Source of the DNA: a virus
Virus record (IMG/VR): IMGVR_UViG_3300045988_044226
Reading direction: 5' to 3' (one strand)
DNA length: 29,843 nt
In this document: positions 23,809 to 29,843 of the stretch, piece after piece
Numbering within the stretch: the stretch's first letter is position 1
How the letters are laid out: each line of letters begins with the position of its first letter
The notes under the pieces: generated by a model
Told to the model about the DNA's origin: nothing
The model's database searches: none
The model's input: the letters and a program-made list of their open reading frames with translations, nothing else
Made by a program: the position numbers and the translations under genes

Positions 23809-24493
23809 ACAGACCACCCCTTATCCCGTAGAAGTACTTCCAATCGACCTCTCGCAGCTCGTCCTCAGTCCACACGCGCTGCGAGTTGCCCCCGCTGTCT
23901 GGGTCGCGCATCCAGTACGACCCGTCGCTCTCCATCCAGAGCATCACCACGTGTCCGTCGTACTCCGAATCCCCAAGCTCGCCAGACATGCCGCAGAACA
24001 CCAGCCAGCCGTCCCTCACCAGCGCCAGCGCGTCGCCGATGCGCCATATCTGCCCAGTGCTCTCGATTCCGTACTCTGGGTACGCCTCCTCGATGTATCG
24101 GCAGAACTTGCCCATGTCGTTCACGCCGTCTGTCAGGCACGAATCGCCAACGCAGTCAGCGAGCTGCAACGGCGTGACGCGCTGCAAGGTCATGTACTCC
24201 AGCGCCATTGCCGCGCACACGAGGCCGCACCCGCTGTCGCCGACCGTCCAGCCAGCGTACGGCACGTGCGCCCACTGCGGGTCGTCCTGAAGCCACAGCT
24301 GCATGACGTTGCCCTCTGGTATCGGGCGGTCGTACACGGTCATCATCCGCTCCGTATCGGCGTTGAACTCGTCAACAGCCCTTATCGCGTCCTCCTGCGC
24401 GTGCTCCAAGAACAGATGCCCCCACCACAGCGTCGCGGCGAGGGCACCAGTGAGGAGTATGCAGGCGGCTCTTAGAAACCTACTCGGCCTCAT
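23789..24493 (-). CDS. signal-anchored papain-like cysteine peptidase (Peptidase_C39_2 / NlpC-P60-like); candidate second lysin
   Basis: N-terminal hydrophobic segment LRAACILLTGALAATLWW. The GDSGCGLVCAAMALEYM cysteine motif is followed by a downstream His (HVVMLW). It lies between the holin and the muramidase. Confidence 0.5.
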   Translation of the reverse strand: MRPSRFLRAACILLTGALAATLWWGHLFLEHAQEDAIRAVDEFNADTERMMTVYDRPIPEGNVMQLWLQDDPQWAHVPYAGWTVGDSGCGLVCAAMALEYMTLQRVTPLQLADCVGDSCLTDGVNDMGKFCRYIEEAYPEYGIESTGQIWRIGDALALVRDGWLVFCGMSGELGDSEYDGHVVMLWMESDGSYWMRDPDSGGNSQRVWTEDELREVDWKYFYGIRGGLYGAQRN

Positions 24494-24758
24494 GAGTGCT
24501 CTTAGCCCCCTTGTACAGCTCCCAAGCTCCCGTGGCTGCGAGGCCGCTCACGAGGCCAGTGCAGACGATGCTCACGATGTTGTCCGTGGTGATGCCGCCC
24601 GTGAACGATGTCACGACCGAGCAGGCGATGCCCAGAACGCCCGCGATAAGCGGCACATAGCGGTCTACCTTCTCCCCAGCCGTCTTCTTCACCACGTAGC
24701 AGACACCGTAGCACAGCACGGCGATTACGGGCATGACGTAAGGCTCCAGAAACTCCAT
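24480..24758 (-). CDS. holin
   Basis: 92 aa with three predicted transmembrane segments and a charged C-terminus, inside the lysis cassette. Confidence 0.6.
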   Translation of the reverse strand: MEFLEPYVMPVIAVLCYGVCYVVKKTAGEKVDRYVPLIAGVLGIACSVVTSFTGGITTDNIVSIVCTGLVSGLAATGAWELYKGAKSTHEAE

Positions 24759-24770
24759 CTTCTCCCCTTC

Positions 24771-25067
24771 CTACTGCAACCCCAGCCGAAGCAGGATTGC
24801 GCCTATCACTGCGGCAACCACGAGCGTGATTACCTGCTTCACCAAGTCTTCCCAGCGCTGCGCTGGCTTCATCTGCTGAGCGTCCATGCGCCCGTCGATT
24901 TTCGCGACCGTAGCGTCGATGCGGGTAAGCACCGTGTCCATCGTAGCGCTCTTGATTTTCAGCTCGTCAAGCTCCGTGCCGTGATTGCTCACGCGCTCGT
25001 CCAGCGTCTTGATGTCGGACATCATCTGCTGGCTGTCCGCTTCGAGCTTTCTGACGCGACAGTCCAT
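24771..25067 (-). CDS. XhlA-family protein (haemolysin XhlA-like lysis accessory protein)
   Basis: Coiled-coil N-part and a C-terminal transmembrane segment (VITLVVAAVIGAILLRLGL). The start is taken at MDCRV… with a GGAGGAA RBS, because the -10 element lies only 6 nt before the upstream GTG. Confidence 0.55.
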   Translation of the reverse strand: MDCRVRKLEADSQQMMSDIKTLDERVSNHGTELDELKIKSATMDTVLTRIDATVAKIDGRMDAQQMKPAQRWEDLVKQVITLVVAAVIGAILLRLGLQ

Positions 25068-25100
25068 TTCCTCCACAAGCGCCTCCTTCCGCACCGCTCG

Positions 25101-25109
25101 ATTATAGCA
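25101..25109 (-). promoter_or_regulatory. late-type extended -10 promoter (TTTGCTATAAT) in front of the lysis cassette
   Basis: Same 9-mer as at 13554-13562, directly abutting a terminator hairpin. Confidence 0.4.
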
Positions 25110-25170
25110 AAGAGGGGAAGCCGATTTCTCGGCCTCCCCTCGGCTGCGGAAGGCAGGAGCCGCAGCGGTT
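25110..25170 (-). terminator. double hairpin terminator after the tail-fibre region
   Basis: GCTGCGG…CCGCAGC and GAGGGGAGGCCGAGAAATCGGCTTCCCCTC. Confidence 0.5.
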
Positions 25171-25184
25171 GCAATCTTAGCACA

Positions 25185-25988
25185 CTACTCGACAAGCTCC
25201 CAGTTGGCGGGCACCACGTCGGGCGCGTAGGCGTTCCAATCGACCTTGGAGCGGTACACGGGGCTGTCGGCGTTCGGGTAGTGGCGCAGCTCCCCCTTTC
25301 TCACGGAGTCGTACTGCCCGTGTGCCGCGCGGTAGACGATGATGCCGTCGGGCGCGATGACGATTTCGTAGTAAAGCGCCTCCGAAACGTCTGGCGGGTA
25401 GATGCTCTGGCTCGTGGTGTTCTGCGAGGCTCGCCACGTGCGCTTCTCCCACTGGAACGCGTCGCCCTGCTTGTACTCGTGCCCGTCGGGCACCCAGTCT
25501 GGCAGCAGCGTGCTCACCTCGGCGATTTCAGTCTCGCTCTCGAACTCCAGCGTGGCGACATGAGCGCGTGCGGCCATGATGTTGTAGGTCTGGAGCTGCA
25601 TCGCCTGACGTGAGGCGTACTCGGCCTCTTGGCGCTGCTTCTCGCGCTCCTCCAGTTCCTCCTCGGTGTACGGATGGTAGATGACGTACTCGAAGATGTC
25701 TGGCACGGGCACGTCGTGAGGCCAATCGTCGCTGAGCGTGCCGTCGAAGTCAGAGACTTCCTCGCCTTCGCCGTCCGTCGTCCTCCAGTGCCCCTGCTCC
25801 TCTGCGGTGACGCGCCACTCAACGTCCTTGCCGCCAGTCTCGGGGTACTCCTTCAGCGTGACCCACTTGCCCTGCTCCTCGGAATCGACCACCCATCGGT
25901 GCTCCACGGCCTCGCTCTTGTTCTCCAGATAGCCCTTGTCGAGGTCGTATTCCTCGATTCGGTGCCCGCTCTCGTCGTACACTACCAT
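25185..25988 (-). CDS. hypothetical acidic protein downstream of the tail fibre gene
   Basis: 267 aa with no recognisable motif. Positioned between the tail fibre and the lysis genes. Confidence 0.4.
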   Translation of the reverse strand: MVVYDESGHRIEEYDLDKGYLENKSEAVEHRWVVDSEEQGKWVTLKEYPETGGKDVEWRVTAEEQGHWRTTDGEGEEVSDFDGTLSDDWPHDVPVPDIFEYVIYHPYTEEELEEREKQRQEAEYASRQAMQLQTYNIMAARAHVATLEFESETEIAEVSTLLPDWVPDGHEYKQGDAFQWEKRTWRASQNTTSQSIYPPDVSEALYYEIVIAPDGIIVYRAAHGQYDSVRKGELRHYPNADSPVYRSKVDWNAYAPDVVPANWELVE

Positions 25989-26023
25989 TTCGGTTTCTCC
26001 TTCCTATCACGTACAGCGTTATG

Positions 26024-27505
26024 CTATGCGGTTCTGCGCCAAGCATACAGAGTCTGGTACGCGGGCATGTTGTTGTGCGATTTCCCGTTGCCGAGGTACA
26101 CCAAGAGAAAATTCACGTACGGCGAGCCCTGCGTGAATGCGGACGTGTAGAGTTTTTCATTGAGACCCGCGTTGGTGTTGAAGCTATTCGACGTGTATAC
26201 AGAGACCTTTGGAAGCTCGCCGACTGTTAATTCGTGTGTGTTTGAACCACCCGTGGACGTGCCAGCGTTGAAGTACGGGAATCGTCCCGTGATAGGTGTC
26301 CACGTTCCGCCAACGATGCCAGACGGAGACGTGTTCGTGTATGACATCCACACGTATCCGACCATGAACACGTTGTCCAGCAGCCACTTCTTGATGCCGA
26401 GGTTGTTCAGCGCACTCGTGCCAGATGTGCCGCCAGTGCCGCCCTGCGCGATTGGCAGGATGCCGAACGACGGCTCGGCGTTAGCGCCAGTCGCGAACAT
26501 CGCGCCGTTCGCGGTCGCCTTCTGCTTCACCGCACCAGTGCCGTTGCCGAGCAGCACGGCGTTTGCATTCAACGTGGATGCGCCAGTGCCGCCGTCGGCC
26601 ACGGGGACGACGGAACTCGAATCGTAGGTCTGCACCCACGCGCCAGCGCCAGCCCTGCACCATCTCGAGCCGTCAACCGCGTCGATTGCCTCTTGCATCA
26701 CGGCGCTGCCGACCGCGTGGACGAACAGCAGGAACGGGTTCGCAAGCCCGCTGGGCTTGTTCTTGATGCCCGCGACGTTGCCAGCTACCGAGCAGCCGTA
26801 GTTGCCCACGGTCTTGTACTTGTTCAGGTCTGCCGCAGCTGGAATCTCCGTCTCCACTCGCAGGCTCCTGCGGTACTTCTGGAGGTTGCCAGCCGTCGTG
26901 CCGTCGAGCGCATTGTTCATCGCGTCGACGGCATCCTGCGTCGCCTGCTTCAGCTGCTCGAACAGCGTTGTCGTGTCGAACTCGACGAACGGTGTCACCG
27001 CGCCGCAGCGCTGCGTCTCCAAGCGTGTGTCGCTGATTCGGCCTTGGCTGATGGTCGCTATGCCCTTCGGCAGGTACACGTCGGCGAGGCCTAGCTCCCA
27101 CACCGTCTCGTTGCGCGTGAGGTTCGGGCGCACGGGGTCTTCGGCGGGCGTTCCCTTCAGCACGTACAGGTCGAGCGAACGAGCCTCGATTGCGAGGTCG
27201 AGGCGGGCGACGATGGTGTCGATTCGGTCGAGGCTCGCGCTCGCAGCGTCAAGCTGCAACGTCCTCTGCTCGGTCTCCACTCCGAACGCTCCGTTGATGT
27301 GGCACGTGCCAGCCTTCACGTACACGTTCATGCCGCCCGTTGCGTTCATAACCTGAAGCGACGTGCTGTCGTCCATGAACACGCCGTTGCTGAAGAAGTT
27401 GGCGTACACCTCGCGCAGGTCTGCGCTGACGTACGGACGGTCGTAAATCGGCAGGCCGTCTTCGCCGAGCTTCGTCACGATGCTGTCTACTGGGAACACC
27501 TTCAT
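26024..27505 (-). CDS. tail fibre or receptor-binding protein
   Basis: 493 aa. It contains two copies of the tail-fibre motif P(V/I)A(D/Q)GGTG…T..N(A/N)LG and a Gly/Ser/Thr/Asn-rich C-terminal region. It follows the Dit and Tal genes. Confidence 0.55.
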   Translation of the reverse strand: MKVFPVDSIVTKLGEDGLPIYDRPYVSADLREVYANFFSNGVFMDDSTSLQVMNATGGMNVYVKAGTCHINGAFGVETEQRTLQLDAASASLDRIDTIVARLDLAIEARSLDLYVLKGTPAEDPVRPNLTRNETVWELGLADVYLPKGIATISQGRISDTRLETQRCGAVTPFVEFDTTTLFEQLKQATQDAVDAMNNALDGTTAGNLQKYRRSLRVETEIPAAADLNKYKTVGNYGCSVAGNVAGIKNKPSGLANPFLLFVHAVGSAVMQEAIDAVDGSRWCRAGAGAWVQTYDSSSVVPVADGGTGASTLNANAVLLGNGTGAVKQKATANGAMFATGANAEPSFGILPIAQGGTGGTSGTSALNNLGIKKWLLDNVFMVGYVWMSYTNTSPSGIVGGTWTPITGRFPYFNAGTSTGGSNTHELTVGELPKVSVYTSNSFNTNAGLNEKLYTSAFTQGSPYVNFLLVYLGNGKSHNNMPAYQTLYAWRRTA

Positions 27506-28536
27506 CGCGCCATCGCCCTCCTCATGTTCGTAATCCTCTTGCTACCGAACCCCAATTGTACGCTATGCCCCTCTGGCTTGAACACCTCAGTGACCTCCAC
27601 GATGCGCGTCTCCAGCTCCAGACCGATGTCGTCTAGAATCACGCTCACCTTGTCGCCGAGGTCGAAGTCCTCCAGATAGTTCGCGTCTCCGAGGTTCGAC
27701 ACGTCGATTTCCTGCGCCACAACGCAGTCAGCCAGCTTCTCCAACGCCTCCTGCCTCAGAGCCGCCTTGAAGTCCTCCTCGCTCTGGTCTTCCTCTGGTG
27801 CCTCGCTGCCCTTGTCCAGAAACACCTCGTACCGCTCGCCGCCGCCGCTCAAATCGACCTCGAACTGCAACGCCTCGTCCTTAGCCGACACCTTGCATAC
27901 GTTGGCGTACGCGGAGCGGTCGATGGAGATCTCCTCGTCCTCCACGTTGCCGAACGCCGAGCTGAACACGCACCACGGGTTTGCGTCCTGCGACTGCGTT
28001 CTGTCGATGCCCTGCCAAATCTGGCACACTAGCCCGCTGAAGTCGTCAAGCGCCGTCACCCTGTAGCTCAGCTCTCGCGTCTCCAGAATCGAGTACCACT
28101 TCTCGCCGAGCAGGTCGCCGATGAAGTCGCACTGCGTCCTGTCGCCGAGCGGCTGCTCGTTGGCCTTCCAGCCGATGCCCTTCTTGGCCTGCACCCCGAA
28201 CGTGTCGTACATGCGCTTTATGACGTTCTCCGTCTTGCTCAGGTCTGCGACGAAGCGCGGCGATGCCACGATGCCGTTCAGCCTCTGCTCGGCGAAGAAC
28301 CCCGACAGCTGCACCAGCTTCTCGCCGCCGTTGTTCGTGTACTGGAGCTTCTGCACAACGCCGACCTCTGGGCGGTCGTGCGTCATGATGTACGCCCAGC
28401 TCGGGTCGTACACGTCTGCGGAAATCTGGATGCTGAAGTCTCCAGCATCGTAGTACTTTCGATTCCACTGCAAGTTGAAGTACGGGATTGCGGCTGTCAC
28501 GAGGCCGAACTTGTCGTCAAGGCCGTAGACCTCCAT
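27502..28536 (-). CDS. tail-tip protein, Tal-like N-terminal domain
   Basis: 344 aa between the Dit gene and the fibre gene. See the G9 tract and upstream ATG at 28567 for uncertainty about the true start. Confidence 0.45.
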   Translation of the reverse strand: MEVYGLDDKFGLVTAAIPYFNLQWNRKYYDAGDFSIQISADVYDPSWAYIMTHDRPEVGVVQKLQYTNNGGEKLVQLSGFFAEQRLNGIVASPRFVADLSKTENVIKRMYDTFGVQAKKGIGWKANEQPLGDRTQCDFIGDLLGEKWYSILETRELSYRVTALDDFSGLVCQIWQGIDRTQSQDANPWCVFSSAFGNVEDEEISIDRSAYANVCKVSAKDEALQFEVDLSGGGERYEVFLDKGSEAPEEDQSEEDFKAALRQEALEKLADCVVAQEIDVSNLGDANYLEDFDLGDKVSVILDDIGLELETRIVEVTEVFKPEGHSVQLGFGSKRITNMRRAMAR

Positions 28537-28543
28537 GGAGCCA

Positions 28544-28552
28544 CCCCCCCCC
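28544..28552. repeat. homopolymeric tract, C9 on plus and G9 on the coding strand, just 5' of the tail-tip gene start
   Basis: Read directly as ccaccccccccccg. It separates an out-of-frame ATG with a strong SD at 28567 from the listed start at 28536. Confidence 0.9.
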
Positions 28553-28576
28553 GTCGAACCAGTTCATTCTTCCTCC

Positions 28577-29461
28577 CTAGATGCCGAGATAGCGCTTCCA
28601 GTAGTAGAGCGACACGGACATGACGTTCTCGCCCGAATCAGCGTCGTACTCGAACGTCGTGTCGCCCGCCTCGATTTGGAACGACGTGAACGAGCTTGCT
28701 CGGTCAACCTTGTTTATCGCGTTCTGCCCGTTGAGCGTCACCCTAGGCGGCCGCTGCTCGAAGTCGATTACCAGCTCGTCCTTCTGCTGCAACGTGCCCA
28801 CGAAGCGCACGAACTTGTCTCCGATGCTGATTCTCGGGTTCTCCACCGTGCCGTCTGCTCTGATAACGACCCTCGGGAACGTCGTAACGTCGCCGTCGTT
28901 CTGGATGTCCACCGTCCTGTTGAAGTCGTACACGCCCATGACGAAACCGCGCTTGTACACGCCTGCTGGCGTGCTCTGCACGACCGAGTGGTACGGGAAG
29001 CCGAACTTCGCCGTGATGAACGCCACGTCCTTGCCGAAGTTGTCCTCGCTCAGCAGGTACGGCATCGGGCACAGTATCGTCCAGTCGAACGTCACTGGCT
29101 GGTAGATGTTGCCCGTCTCGCACTTGAACGCGTACTGCTCGCCAGCACACCACAGCGTGCGCCCCTGATACGTCAGGTGCGCCTCGTACGTGTGCTTCGG
29201 GCTGAAGAACCTGATTGCCTCCAGACGCTTCTCCGCGTTGTCGGCTGGGTTCGCAAGCTCCGCGTGAACCGAGCGGTCTACCGTCTCCACTCGCTTGTTC
29301 GTGACGACACCGCCGTCATAGCTCGCGTTCTCCTGCACCGAGACCGAGTGCGGAAGGTTCGCCCAGTTCTCCAGCCCGTCGTTCGGAATCATCCAAACCA
29401 CGTTGTCGATGTCGAACTCCAGACCGTCGTCTCTCACGATGTGGAGTATGACTTGCTCCAT
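28577..29461 (-). CDS. distal tail protein, Dit-like
   Basis: 294 aa immediately downstream of the tape measure protein, with an AGGAGG RBS. This is the conserved position of Dit in siphoviruses. Confidence 0.5.
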   Translation of the reverse strand: MEQVILHIVRDDGLEFDIDNVVWMIPNDGLENWANLPHSVSVQENASYDGGVVTNKRVETVDRSVHAELANPADNAEKRLEAIRFFSPKHTYEAHLTYQGRTLWCAGEQYAFKCETGNIYQPVTFDWTILCPMPYLLSEDNFGKDVAFITAKFGFPYHSVVQSTPAGVYKRGFVMGVYDFNRTVDIQNDGDVTTFPRVVIRADGTVENPRISIGDKFVRFVGTLQQKDELVIDFEQRPPRVTLNGQNAINKVDRASSFTSFQIEAGDTTFEYDADSGENVMSVSLYYWKRYLGI

Positions 29462-29502
29462 AATGCCTCCTAGACCTCACAGAATCGCCTGTAACGGGCG
29501 AT

Positions 29503-29536
29503 GCGCCCATGTCCAGTGTAGTTGTAGCATGGGCGC
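29503..29536 (-). promoter_or_regulatory. stem-loop between the tape measure and Dit genes
   Basis: GCGCCCATG…CATGGGCGC with a 9-bp stem and no U-run. Confidence 0.3.
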
Positions 29537-29557
29537 GTTCCAACGCCTTGTGCGGCC

Positions 29558-29843
29558 TTACACGTACGAACCCGCGAGTCCGTACCGCTGCTGCAAGCGC
29601 ATCGTCCGCGCAACTTGGTCGGGGCTTTCCACGGGCTGGTTGAAGTTCACCGTCTGGTAGTTCGTCGTGCCGCCAGCGCCTTCGAGCGCCTGCGCCTGAA
29701 CGCTCAGGCGGGACACGCCGACGTTCAGGTCGCGCTCGATTGATGCCATCGGGTCGTTCTTCTCCCATCCGACCGCCACGCCATCCGCTAGGTACTTGCC
29801 TACCTCGTCGCGCATGACCTTGGACGGCGAGGCGATGCCGAAG
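29558..29843 (-). CDS. tape measure protein, C-terminal part; same ORF as 1..1783 after circularisation
   Basis: The listed ORF 29558..29815 (MRDEVGKYLADGVAVGW…) stays open upstream to the window end, and its frame matches the minus-strand frame at 1..1783. TAA stop at 29558. Confidence 0.6.
   Translation of the reverse strand, partial: FGIASPSKVMRDEVGKYLADGVAVGWEKNDPMASIERDLNVGVSRLSVQAQALEGAGGTTNYQTVNFNQPVESPDQVARTMRLQQRYGLAGSYV
29767..29843. repeat. second copy of the 77-bp terminal overlap
   Basis: Exact match to 1..77. Confidence 0.9.

Noticed and set aside
23023-25613. Long plus-strand ORFs 23023..24177 (384 aa) and 24303..25613 (436 aa), and similar ones at 14224..15192 and 28535..29473
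   Set aside because: They are antisense to well-supported lysin, holin and tail genes. Their composition is biased to R, A, H, L and V with no recognisable motifs. All convincing genes are co-oriented on the minus strand.

Overview
The window looks like a complete phage genome of about 29.77 kb, assembled as a circle. The first 77 bp (1..77) are identical to the last 77 bp (29767..29843). A 77-bp overlap is what a de Bruijn assembler (k=77) leaves on a circular or permuted contig, so I do not read it as a biological terminal repeat. About 50 tightly packed genes all sit on the minus strand. The plus-strand ORFs in the track appear to be antisense artefacts of high-GC coding. No integrase, CI-type repressor or attachment site is visible, so the element looks lytic or at least lacks a lysogeny module. 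In minus-strand transcription order the modules are as follows. (i) Early genes (22556 -> 13610): ERF-type annealase, SSB, RusA resolvase, a Gp157-family protein, a DnaD-like replisome organiser, a DnaC-like loader, a Cro-like HTH protein, small unknown proteins, a second small HNH-like protein, a shortened MetK-like protein and dUTPase. (ii) Late genes (13520 -> 25185 across the junction): a DUF488-like protein, small terminase, large terminase interrupted by an intein with an HNH endonuclease, portal, minor head protein, scaffold, major capsid protein, head-tail joining proteins, major tail protein, two chaperone ORFs, a tape measure protein that spans the contig junction, then Dit, Tal and a tail-fibre or receptor-binding protein. 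(iii) Lysis cassette (25067 -> 22750): XhlA-like protein, holin, a signal-anchored papain-like peptidase and a GH25 muramidase with a LysM domain. The proteins resemble those of siphoviruses of Gram-positive bacteria, but the DNA is high-GC. The host is therefore probably a high-GC Gram-positive bacterium, though the sequence contains no direct host marker. The most unusual features are these: the large terminase gene is broken by an intein whose N-half, HNH endonuclease and C-half lie in three different reading frames, resembling a split intein with a free-standing homing endonuclease; the repeat cluster inside the replication-initiator gene is duplicated and expanded as a 290-bp non-coding element inside the structural operon; a G9 tract separates a strongly ribosome-binding upstream ATG from the tail-tip gene frame; and there are three copies each of an early terminator-promoter-operator cassette and a late extended -10 promoter.
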